From positions 1 to 39,684 of the IMG/VR virus record IMGVR_UViG_3300000292_000030: a stretch of DNA of 39,684 nt, one strand, 5' to 3'. This DNA is from a virus. Both the position numbers and the translations under genes were made by a program. Under the pieces are notes generated by a model. It did no database searches, was not told the DNA's origin, and saw nothing but the letters and a program-made list of their open reading frames with translations. This document shows positions 9,108-18,369 of this stretch, one piece after another (position 1 is the stretch's first letter; every line of letters starts with the position of its first letter).

Positions 9108-12100
9108 TGATACCAAGAATTTATGATAACAGTTTTACAACGTATGAAAGCAATGGATTAGGTTTATTGGTAGATGCTATATCTTGCCAAGTTGAAGAAG
9201 AGTCTAATGGAGATTTTGAGTTGACACTCGTATATCCTTCTGATGGCTCTTTTTTTTATACATTAAAACAAGATAACCTTATAAAAGCTGATGCATCGGA
9301 TAACTTAAAAGGGCAGCTTTTTAGAATAGATACAATATCAAAACCTCTAAATGGCCAAGTGACTGTATATGCAAAACATATTTCATTTGATTTAGCTAAA
9401 AACTCTTTAAATGAGGATGTAGCTGAAGAAAATATAAAGTGTGAAAATGCTGGTAAACATATGCTTCAAAAATCTGATGCTGACAGTAGATTTTCTATTG
9501 AAAGTAATATAGAGATGCTTGGTAACTACAGCATGGATAGAAAAACAGATTGTTTGAGTGCTATAGCTGGGACAAGAGGTTCTCTTATAGATACATTCGG
9601 TAATGGTCCTAAGCTTCTTAGAGATAACTTTACAATATCCGTACTTACTAGAAGAGGTAAGGATGATAACACTCTTATAGCTTATAAGAAGAACATCACA
9701 GGCTTTACGTTAGAAGAAGATTATTCAGAAATAATCAATATTATAAAACCTTATGCTACTTATACAGAAGATGAAGTTGAAAAAACTCTATATATTGATG
9801 AAACAGGAGTAAAATCGCCAAGATATGTAGAAGGTGATATAGTAAAAAGTCAATGGATGGATTTTTCAGACAAATTTGACGAAGATGAAGCTCCAACAAA
9901 AGAAAAATTAAAAAATCTAGCTGAAAAATATTTCAACGATAATAGCTGCGACCTTCCTAAAATGACTTATAAAATAGAATTTCAACCGCTTAGCCAAACG
10001 GAAGAATACAAGGAAGATGGATTAGCTGAACTAGAATATATAGGCATGGATGATAGTGTATATATAGCTAACAGCAAATATGGAATAAGAGACCAAGCTA
10101 GAGTTATAAAAACAACTTATAACGTATTAGCAGACAAATATATATCTATAGAATTAGGTGATCCAAAGACAACACTAGGCTCAATCATAAATAAAAATAA
10201 TACTGACACAGTAACAAAAGATGAAGTAAAAGACATTGTAGATAAAACAAATAAAAAAGATTATCCTAATACATTACCAGCAGTACCAATTGTTACTATA
10301 GATAGAGCCGGATTTAAGACAGTTTCTCTTAGTTGGACTTTTGATAATAAGCCTTATTATTCTTATCAAGTTTATGCTAGTCAAGAACAAGGATTTAGCC
10401 CTAATGCATTTGACTTGATTTATGAAGGGAAAGGAAGTGCTTTTCTCCATGAGGTAGAATGCTCACAGACTTGGTACTATAGAGTAAGAGCGATTAATAC
10501 TTATGGAAATGCTACGGATTTTTCAGAAGAAGTTAGTGCAACAACTACCAAAATAAGTGATGCTGCAGAATATTTTCAAGAAGCTGCGATAGAAAGTGCT
10601 TTGATTGGATCACTTAATGCTGATGTAATCAATGCTGGGAAACTTAAAGGTACTTTCATAGATGCAAGACAATTAACAGTGACAGATGGAAACGGAAACG
10701 TTACTTTTTCAATAGATAGTGCAGGTAATGTAAATATTCGAGCAACAGAATTTAGTCTAGAAGGCAAAACTATTAATTCTTATATTAACGATGTAACTAC
10801 TGATATAACTGAACAGAAAGAAAGAATAGATAAAATACTTGAAGATGGTACATTAATACCTTCTGAAAAAAGGCAATTACAAATAATTTTAGATGATATA
10901 GTAGAAGAATATGCTGAAATCACAGCAAATGCCTTAAAGTACAATATAGCTTACAATGATTTTCAAACTGCATATAATGCTTTATATAATTACTTAACTG
11001 TAGATTGCAAAATAAACGACATTGAAATTACAACAAATGTGCATCAAGATACTTTGAAAAATTATTTTGAAAATTATTATACAAAAAGAGGAAATATAAA
11101 CAATTTAATAAATGATGAAATAAATAGTAATATTGACGATAAATTAAGCAGTTCAGATTCTGAAGCAGTATTTAATGCTCTTACTAAAAATGGAACAATA
11201 CAAGGGTTATATATGCAAGATGGAAAACTTTATTTTAACGGTCAATATATTAATGCTAAAAATTTAAAAGTAATAGATTCAAAAGGAAATACTACTTTCT
11301 ATATAGATTCAAATGGGAATGTAACAATTAATGCAACAGACTTTAGCTTAGAAGGTAAGACTATAGATGACTATGTAAATTCTCATGTAGTAGAAGTTAC
11401 AGGAATTACAATGAAGAGAGTATCTATATCTTACTATATTTCTACTTCACCTACTCAGTTATTAGGAGGTAGTTGGTCCACAACAAAACCTACTTGGGTA
11501 AGTGGGAAATATATATGGCAAAAAACAGTAACTACATATTCTAATAATACAACAAGCGAATCAGAACCAGTTTGTATAACAGGACCAAAAGGTGAGCAAG
11601 GTACTCCAGGTGGTAAAGGCGACCAAGGTGTGTCTATTACTAGAGTAAGTAACAGATATGGCAAAAGTACATCTAAAATAGACCCACCAACAACTTGGTA
11701 TACAAGTTATCCGGAATGGGAAAGAGGTTATTACATATGGACTAAATCAATAATCTATTATAGCGATGGTACAACAACAGAAACTACACCTTATGTAGAT
11801 ACTTCCTGGGAAGGCATGGCAAATCTTGTAGATAATAAAGTTGATAACACACAACAAGCAATATTTAATGCTCTTACAAACAACGGACAAGTACAAGGTA
11901 TATATTTACAAAATGGAAAAGTTTATTTAAACGGAGAATATATAAAAACCAATAGTTTAAATGCATCTAATATAACTTTCGATGATTTAACAGGTAAAAC
12001 TATAAAAGGCGCTAGATTTTTCACTGCACCTAAAGCAGGTGCGACTGACGGATATTTATTTAGAATTTATTCAGATGGTAGTGTTTATAGTTCTAAAACA

Positions 12101-12751
12101 ATCCAAGTATATGGAGAAACTAATGATGGAAGTTATGCTCAATTAACTCCTGGCAAAGTAACTGCGACAGAATATTTACAATCGCCAGGACTTATTACAA
12201 GTAACAACAGTCTTTATTTTGGGATACAAGGATATACGCCACCAAATGATAACTCAACAAGAATGGTTAAATTGACAAGAGATGCAAATAATGAATATAC
12301 CTATTTCATGCCTTGTTATAATCCTACAAGCACGAGTGGGGGTATAAGATTAGGCTCTACGAATGGATTTTGGAATGTTGTATATGCAACTAATGGGGTA
12401 AAAACAAGTTCAGATAGAACATTAAAAGAAAATATAGATTATTTAGATGGAAATTCTTCTATTGATTATGATGATTTATATAATTTTATAAAAAATGATT
12501 ACTCATTAGCGACTTATAATTATATAGGAGAAAGCGAAAAAAGACTATCAGCTATAGCTCAGGATATGCTTGTAAATTCTGATGGAACAGATAATAAGGT
12601 CGGGCAACTAATTACTAATGCAGAAGAAGCATATAAAAATCAAGCAACACTAGCTATAGAGGAAACTCAGTTAGTAAATGTGCTAATTGGAGCACTAAAG
12701 AAGACAATGGAAAAAGTAGAAGAATTAGAAAATAAGCTAAATAGTAAATAG
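9107..12751 (+). CDS. tail-associated lysin-type baseplate/tip protein (Tal; Prophage_tail N-domain, FN3, collagen-like triplets, C-terminal S74 intramolecular chaperone)
   Basis: GTG start overlaps the Dit stop. The N-terminus (MIPRIYDNSF...GLGLL..A) is Prophage_tail-like. An FN3-like block lies at about nt 10280..10580. GPKGEQGTPGGKGDQG is at 11581..11628. SSDRTLKENIDYL...AIAQDM from about 12407 matches the Peptidase_S74 autocleaving chaperone. Confidence 0.85.
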   Translation: MIPRIYDNSFTTYESNGLGLLVDAISCQVEEESNGDFELTLVYPSDGSFFYTLKQDNLIKADASDNLKGQLFRIDTISKPLNGQVTVYAKHISFDLAKNSLNEDVAEENIKCENAGKHMLQKSDADSRFSIESNIEMLGNYSMDRKTDCLSAIAGTRGSLIDTFGNGPKLLRDNFTISVLTRRGKDDNTLIAYKKNITGFTLEEDYSEIINIIKPYATYTEDEVEKTLYIDETGVKSPRYVEGDIVKSQWMDFSDKFDEDEAPTKEKLKNLAEKYFNDNSCDLPKMTYKIEFQPLSQTEEYKEDGLAELEYIGMDDSVYIANSKYGIRDQARVIKTTYNVLADKYISIELGDPKTTLGSIINKNNTDTVTKDEVKDIVDKTNKKDYPNTLPAVPIVTIDRAGFKTVSLSWTFDNKPYYSYQVYASQEQGFSPNAFDLIYEGKGSAFLHEVECSQTWYYRVRAINTYGNATDFSEEVSATTTKISDAAEYFQEAAIESALIGSLNADVINAGKLKGTFIDARQLTVTDGNGNVTFSIDSAGNVNIRATEFSLEGKTINSYINDVTTDITEQKERIDKILEDGTLIPSEKRQLQIILDDIVEEYAEITANALKYNIAYNDFQTAYNALYNYLTVDCKINDIEITTNVHQDTLKNYFENYYTKRGNINNLINDEINSNIDDKLSSSDSEAVFNALTKNGTIQGLYMQDGKLYFNGQYINAKNLKVIDSKGNTTFYIDSNGNVTINATDFSLEGKTIDDYVNSHVVEVTGITMKRVSISYYISTSPTQLLGGSWSTTKPTWVSGKYIWQKTVTTYSNNTTSESEPVCITGPKGEQGTPGGKGDQGVSITRVSNRYGKSTSKIDPPTTWYTSYPEWERGYYIWTKSIIYYSDGTTTETTPYVDTSWEGMANLVDNKVDNTQQAIFNALTNNGQVQGIYLQNGKVYLNGEYIKTNSLNASNITFDDLTGKTIKGARFFTAPKAGATDGYLFRIYSDGSVYSSKTIQVYGETNDGSYAQLTPGKVTATEYLQSPGLITSNNSLYFGIQGYTPPNDNSTRMVKLTRDANNEYTYFMPCYNPTSTSGGIRLGSTNGFWNVVYATNGVKTSSDRTLKENIDYLDGNSSIDYDDLYNFIKNDYSLATYNYIGESEKRLSAIAQDMLVNSDGTDNKVGQLITNAEEAYKNQATLAIEETQLVNVLIGALKKTMEKVEELENKLNSK

Positions 12752-12766
12752 AAAGGGGATGTTAAC

Positions 12767-15700
12767 TTGATTAAGTATGATTATGAAATAACTGTAAATG
12801 GAAATACAGCAAAATTAAATAAAGACATACATTTATTTAGAGAAAATAAGAATGTTCATTATTATTTTGCTATAAAAAATGCTTCTTTTAATTTTAAAGG
12901 GAGTACAGATTTAATCGAAAAAACAAACGCAATAAACGCAGCAGTAACAGTTATAAAACCGAATGGAGTAGAGGTAGCAAATGCTATAGCTCCAGTAGAA
13001 AATGGTAAAATACACCTAAAGGTAACAGAAGATCTAATCGATGAAGAAGTAGAAGTTGGAGATTTTGATTTAGTGTTCGACTTATTTGACGATGTTGACG
13101 GAGCAGTAACAATTCCAAAAGTAATAGGACAATTCCATGTACTAGAAAGACCATGCACAACTCCCATTTCCGAATTGGTAGCAACTAACACAACAAATGA
13201 AGTAGACCAGGCTCTAACGGATTATGCTATTGTTACTTATGCAGAGCCTGTAGCTTCTACAAATGCAGACGGAACTTTTGCTAAAAAAACATGGGTAGCA
13301 AAAGAAAAAATTACAACAGCAGAGTTAAACAGAATGGAAGAAGGTATAAGCGATGTTAGTTCGCAATGTAAAGATATTGCGAAACAAGTAGGTACAGAAA
13401 CATTAAACACAACAGCACAAGATTTAAAAGGCGCAATAAATGAGGTTTTTCAATTAGTTGCTAAAATATTAGGCTCAACTGTAAAAATTAATTCATTAAG
13501 TAAATTATCTGATTGTAAGTTTAAATTAATTTCTTCTACATCTAATGCGAGTTATAATTCAACAACTGAAGCTGGTAAAAATTACAATGATGACTCTTGG
13601 GATAACATATCTATACCACACGATTGGAGTATATATAATTCATTTAATTCTAATTCTCCTTCAGGATATGAAGGTGGATATTTAGATGGGGGAGATGCTT
13701 GGTATAGATTTAAATTAAAAACTGCTAAATTAGAAGGGCAAAAAGTATATATTTATTTCGATGGGATTTATATGGAAAGTGATGTATATATCAATGGAAC
13801 AAAAGTTAAAAGTAATAAATGGTATAATCCTTTCTATGTAGAAATAACTGATTACGTACAATATAATAACAATGATACATTAGCAGTATTTGTTAGAAAT
13901 CAACAACCTAGCTCAAGATGGTATAGTGGAAGTGGTATAATCAGAAATGCTTATTTAGTATCTGCAAATGATGTTGAAATAGGAATAAACGATATTAATA
14001 TAACAACTCCGACACTAGAAACTGATGTAAAAACAAATATTGCAAATACAAAAATAGATATAAAAATTAACTCAACTACAGTTAAGACAATAAATTTAAT
14101 AAATGAAATATATTTTAATAATTCTTTAGTAGAATCAAATACAAAAGAAGTAGCTTTAAGTATTGGAGATAATTCAATTTCTGAGTATATACAAATAAAT
14201 AATCCTTCTTTATGGGATGAATATAATGGTAATTTATATACGTTGAAAACTTATATAAAAATAGGTGTAGAAACTTATTATTCTACCGAAACTAAATATG
14301 GATATAGATATTTTAAATTTGATAAAGATACTGGATTTTGGCTTAATGGTAAAAATCTTAAATTAAGAGGTGTATGTATGCACCATGATTTAGGTTGTTT
14401 GGGGGCTGAAGTTAATAAATCTGCAATAGAGAGACAAATTGATTTACTAATAGATATGGGGGTTAATGCAATTAGAATCACTCACAACCCAGGAAGTTCT
14501 GAATTTTTAAATGTTTGTGCTAAAAAGGGTATTTTAACTATAGAAGAAATGTTCGACTGTTGGGCCACTGCTAAAAAAACATATGATTTTGCTAGATATT
14601 ATAATACTTATGCAAAAGACGTTATAAAAACCACAATAGAGAGAGATAAAAACAACCCTTCAATAATCATGTGGTCAATAGGAAATGAAATAGTTAATGA
14701 ATCTGATGTAATGACTCGTGAGTTAGTTACATGGGTAAAAGAAGTAGATACTGAAAGGATGGTTACAATGGGGGAAAATTATCCTACACAATCAACACAT
14801 CAAAATTGTATGAAATATTTAGATGTTGTTGGTGTTAATTATGGTAATTCATCAGTATATTCTTCTGTTAGAACTGCTATGCCTAATAAACCTATTTATG
14901 GCTCTGAAACAACTTCAGCTTTGTCATCCAGAGGTATTTATACTAAAGATGATAAAAATAAACAATGCCCTAGTTTTGACGATTTCACAGTAAGTTGGGG
15001 AAGCTATGCAAGTGATGCACTTAAACTACATATAGATGATATTAATTATTTAGCAGGTATGTTTGTATGGACTGGATTTGATTATATAGGAGAACCTACT
15101 CCATTCAATGCTTACCCTAGTAAATCTAGTTATTTTGGGATTTATGATACTTGTGGATTTCCAAAAGATATAATGTATATGTATCAATCAAGATGGGCTA
15201 CATCTCCAATGATTCATATATTACCACATTGGGATTGGACAGATGGAAATATAAAAGTGTGGTTATATTCAAATTGTTATAAGGTAGAATTATTTTTAAA
15301 TGGTGTAAGTTTAGGTGAAAAATTACAAACTAACATAGGTAATAAATATCAATTTGAATATTCTGTTACTTATACAAAAGGTACTTTAGTTGCTAATGGA
15401 TATAATCAAAATGGTGATATTATAGCACAGGATATAATATATACTTCTCAAGGTACTCCAACAACAACTAAATTATCTAGTGATAAAACAAATGTCAATA
15501 TAAATTCAGACGATTTGATATTTATAACTTGTGATTTAGTAGATAAAAACGGAGTGGTTGTACCAACAGCAAATAATAAAATTACTTTCACGGTAGAAGG
15601 TGGAATAATTATAGGTACAGATAATGGTGATGCTACTTGTGTTGAAAAATATAGAACAAATATAAAATCAGCATTTAACGGAAAAGTTTTGTGTGTTGTA

Positions 15701-16639
15701 AAACATAATGGGGTAAGTGGAAATATGATTATAAAAGCAAATGGTGATAATTTAACAGAACAATCGATAACTATAATCAAGGGAGATAAAACAGTTTTAA
15801 AACAAAAAACTAAGCAAAATTTTATAGATGCTACAAATCCAACTATATATGATTATCCTGGAGTTATTAAAAAATATACTATAACAAATAATTTAACTAA
15901 TTGTGTAAATTCAAATACAATAACTACAATAGAAGAAAATGGTAGCTATTCAGGTACTATAACTGCCAAAAATCTATATACATTAAATAATATAACAGTT
16001 ACTATGGGAGGAACAGATATAACAAATACATCAGTTTCACATGGAGTAATAACAATTAATTCTGTTACTGGAGATATAGTAATAACCGCTAATGCAATTA
16101 TTACAGATAATGATAAATTAGTATATTCGTTACCTCAAACAACTACATTTAATGGCATAAGTGATTATATAGATACTGGAGTACAATTATTTGATACTGA
16201 TAAAGATTTTACTGTATTTTTAGATTTTATGAATGGTGAAGGCAATGTAGATGTTAAGCAAAACACAATTCTTCATTGTATGAAAGAACAAAACCCTTAT
16301 TATGGATTATCTATTAGACCTCTTACATCAACAGAACATATAAAAGTTGATTATTATGGAAACGTTGACCTAGATAGTATTATTATTAGTAAACCTACTA
16401 AATTAATAATAACACATACAAAAACTAGTAATACCATAAATCTTTATTCTAATAATAATGTTACTGGTATAGAGTTGTCAGCTACTTTAACATATCATGC
16501 AATAACTCAAAATATAATATTAGGTGCTTATCAAGATGTAAATGGTAATAAAGGAAGATATTGGAATGGAACAATAAATCAATGTAAAATATGGTTCGGC
16601 GCATTAACAAATGATGACATAAATACATTATTAAATTAA
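12767..16639 (+). CDS. receptor-binding / baseplate protein: BppU-like N-terminus + glycoside hydrolase family 2 module + C-terminal LamG-like domain
   Basis: TTG start behind AAAGGGGA. GH2 motifs: IPHDWSIYN, GDAWYRFKL, SRWYSGSGIIRNAYLV, RGVCMHHDLGCLGAEV, NAIRITHNP, MWSIGNEI, YGSETTSA, FVWTGFDYIGEPTPF...SSYFGIYDTCGFPKD. The C-terminus ends NGNKGRYWNGTINQCKIWFGALTNDDINTLL. Confidence 0.8.
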   Translation: MIKYDYEITVNGNTAKLNKDIHLFRENKNVHYYFAIKNASFNFKGSTDLIEKTNAINAAVTVIKPNGVEVANAIAPVENGKIHLKVTEDLIDEEVEVGDFDLVFDLFDDVDGAVTIPKVIGQFHVLERPCTTPISELVATNTTNEVDQALTDYAIVTYAEPVASTNADGTFAKKTWVAKEKITTAELNRMEEGISDVSSQCKDIAKQVGTETLNTTAQDLKGAINEVFQLVAKILGSTVKINSLSKLSDCKFKLISSTSNASYNSTTEAGKNYNDDSWDNISIPHDWSIYNSFNSNSPSGYEGGYLDGGDAWYRFKLKTAKLEGQKVYIYFDGIYMESDVYINGTKVKSNKWYNPFYVEITDYVQYNNNDTLAVFVRNQQPSSRWYSGSGIIRNAYLVSANDVEIGINDINITTPTLETDVKTNIANTKIDIKINSTTVKTINLINEIYFNNSLVESNTKEVALSIGDNSISEYIQINNPSLWDEYNGNLYTLKTYIKIGVETYYSTETKYGYRYFKFDKDTGFWLNGKNLKLRGVCMHHDLGCLGAEVNKSAIERQIDLLIDMGVNAIRITHNPGSSEFLNVCAKKGILTIEEMFDCWATAKKTYDFARYYNTYAKDVIKTTIERDKNNPSIIMWSIGNEIVNESDVMTRELVTWVKEVDTERMVTMGENYPTQSTHQNCMKYLDVVGVNYGNSSVYSSVRTAMPNKPIYGSETTSALSSRGIYTKDDKNKQCPSFDDFTVSWGSYASDALKLHIDDINYLAGMFVWTGFDYIGEPTPFNAYPSKSSYFGIYDTCGFPKDIMYMYQSRWATSPMIHILPHWDWTDGNIKVWLYSNCYKVELFLNGVSLGEKLQTNIGNKYQFEYSVTYTKGTLVANGYNQNGDIIAQDIIYTSQGTPTTTKLSSDKTNVNINSDDLIFITCDLVDKNGVVVPTANNKITFTVEGGIIIGTDNGDATCVEKYRTNIKSAFNGKVLCVVKHNGVSGNMIIKANGDNLTEQSITIIKGDKTVLKQKTKQNFIDATNPTIYDYPGVIKKYTITNNLTNCVNSNTITTIEENGSYSGTITAKNLYTLNNITVTMGGTDITNTSVSHGVITINSVTGDIVITANAIITDNDKLVYSLPQTTTFNGISDYIDTGVQLFDTDKDFTVFLDFMNGEGNVDVKQNTILHCMKEQNPYYGLSIRPLTSTEHIKVDYYGNVDLDSIIISKPTKLIITHTKTSNTINLYSNNNVTGIELSATLTYHAITQNIILGAYQDVNGNKGRYWNGTINQCKIWFGALTNDDINTLLN

Positions 16640-16834
16640 AATATTACAAGGATTTTTTTAATACCCACTTAGTTCGCAATTTAAAAATATTGCGTACCAT
16701 TTTCCCTATGTAGGAAGAATGGTATTTAAATCATTTTATAGTATAATAACTGTAAAGGGGGTGAAAAAGATGTAAAATGTGAGAATACAAGAATAAAAAC
16801 TATATATAATTAAAAAAACTAAATCTATTTTTAA

Positions 16835-16862
16835 AAGGACTGTAGCGGTACAGTCCTTTTTT
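16835..16862 (+). terminator. intrinsic terminator between the tail and lysis modules
   Basis: A 10-bp stem (aaggactgta / tacagtcctt) with loop gcgg, followed by a T-run. Confidence 0.7.
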
Positions 16863-16882
16863 ATATAAGAAAGGAATTTTGC

Positions 16883-17116
16883 ATGAATGATGAATGGTTA
16901 AAAGACACACTAAAGAGACACGATGAAAGGCTGCAAAGACATTCTGAAAGAATAGACAAACTAGAAAATACACAGTCTGAAATGGCAGTAAAAATAGAAA
17001 ATCTATGCAATACCATAGACAAATTAGCAAGCAACTTAAATAAACTAACTTATGCAATTATAACAGCATTGGTTAGTTTTTTCTTTTATGCAATACAAAA
17101 TAATTTATTTAATTAA
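16883..17116 (+). CDS. xhlA: XhlA-like lysis-associated membrane protein
   Basis: 77 aa. An N-terminal coiled coil (HDERLQRHSERIDKLE) plus a single C-terminal TM helix. It sits directly upstream of holin and amidase, as in PBSX xhlA-xhlB-xlyA. Confidence 0.65.
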   Translation: MNDEWLKDTLKRHDERLQRHSERIDKLENTQSEMAVKIENLCNTIDKLASNLNKLTYAIITALVSFFFYAIQNNLFN

Positions 17117-17128
17117 TAGGAGGTAGTT

Positions 17129-17386
17129 ATGTTTGATTTAAATTTATTAGGTAGCTATTTAGTTTTAGTAGTAGTAGGTATTTGTGTATGTGTAGGATAT
17201 GTTATAAAAACAAGTTTTAGTTTTATAGATAATAAATACATACCTTGCATCATGGCACTTTTAGGATGCGCTTTAAACATATGGATAGCTGGATATGTAA
17301 GTCCAGAAGTTATACTTGGTGGATTATTTTCAGGGCTTGCATCTACAGGCTTACATCAAGCTTTTAAGAACTTGATAGAAAAATAG
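17129..17386 (+). CDS. holin
   Basis: 85 aa with 2-3 predicted TM segments and a charged C-terminus (HQAFKNLIEK). It sits immediately upstream of the endolysin. Confidence 0.7.
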   Translation: MFDLNLLGSYLVLVVVGICVCVGYVIKTSFSFIDNKYIPCIMALLGCALNIWIAGYVSPEVILGGLFSGLASTGLHQAFKNLIEK

Positions 17387-17484
17387 ATATAAATACTTTA
17401 TAAGGTGACTGTAAGGTGCTTAGGAAGTGGATAGAAAGGTCGATTTTTTAAGCATCTTTTATTTTCAGAAAAGGAAGTGTTATT

Positions 17485-18360
17485 ATGAGTAAAAAATATT
17501 TAGTAGCTATAGATGCAGGACATGGCATGCATACAGAAGGTAAACAATCTGTTCCAATGTCAAAAAATTTATACATAGATGGTGAATTAGTCAGAAAAAA
17601 AGGAAAGATCATTAAAGAAAATGAATGGAACAGAGGTGTAAGTGAATACTTATCAGTTGCACTAAAAAGATGTGGTATAGATACAATGTTTATAGCTGAT
17701 ATGACAGGTAAAACAGATATACCACTTAATATGAGAGCATACAAAGCTAATGCAGCAAAAGCAGATATATTAATTTCAAATCACTATAATGCGATAGGAA
17801 GCTGTGCTAAATGGCAAAGTAAAATTAAGGGATTATTAGTATTAAGAACTAAAAATTGTTCTGAAAAATCTATAAAATTAGGAAAATTAGCAGTTAAGCA
17901 TCTTAAAAAAGACATAGACTATGAATATAGTTATGGTTTAATGCGCGATGTAGATATGAGTGGATTTACATTAGCTATACTTAGACAAACAACAATGCCA
18001 GCAATATTAATCGAGTATGGTTTTATGGATTATTGGAATGAAGCAAAACTTATGCTTGATAAAAAACATCAAGAAAAATGTGCTGAAGCAGTTTGTAAGG
18101 CAGTATGTGAATATTTCGGAGTAACTTATATAGCAGAAAAGCAAGGAGCTAATAAAACTAAGTACGTTAGAATACTAAAGGATATAAACATACATAGCAA
18201 ACCAGATTTTGATGCTGCTAATGTAATAGGTAAAGTTACTGCTGGTGGAGCTTATACAATTGCAGAAAAAGTTAAAAGAACTGGAACAGATATGTATAAA
18301 CTAAAATCAGGAGTTTATATAATAGCATCACCAAAATATGTAGAAGTATTTGAAAAATAA
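17485..18360 (+). CDS. endolysin: N-acetylmuramoyl-L-alanine amidase (Amidase_3) with C-terminal SH3b-like wall-binding domain
   Basis: Motifs VAIDAGHG, ISNHYNA and PAILIEYGFMD are typical of Amidase_3. The C-terminal ~65 aa (YVRILKD...YKLKSGVYI) looks SH3-like. Confidence 0.85.
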   Translation: MSKKYLVAIDAGHGMHTEGKQSVPMSKNLYIDGELVRKKGKIIKENEWNRGVSEYLSVALKRCGIDTMFIADMTGKTDIPLNMRAYKANAAKADILISNHYNAIGSCAKWQSKIKGLLVLRTKNCSEKSIKLGKLAVKHLKKDIDYEYSYGLMRDVDMSGFTLAILRQTTMPAILIEYGFMDYWNEAKLMLDKKHQEKCAEAVCKAVCEYFGVTYIAEKQGANKTKYVRILKDINIHSKPDFDAANVIGKVTAGGAYTIAEKVKRTGTDMYKLKSGVYIIASPKYVEVFEK

Positions 18361-18369
18361 TTATCGGAC

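Noticed and set aside
11581-11628. The collagen-like G-X-Y run and duplicated modules in Tal as a possible diversity-generating retroelement target.
   Set aside because: There is no reverse transcriptase, no template-repeat/variable-repeat pair with adenine-specific differences, and no accessory gene anywhere in the window.
17448-17744. A 98-aa minus-strand ORF overlapping the endolysin start.
   Set aside because: It is antisense to the strongly supported Amidase_3 gene. It is hydrophobic and low complexity and has no SD.
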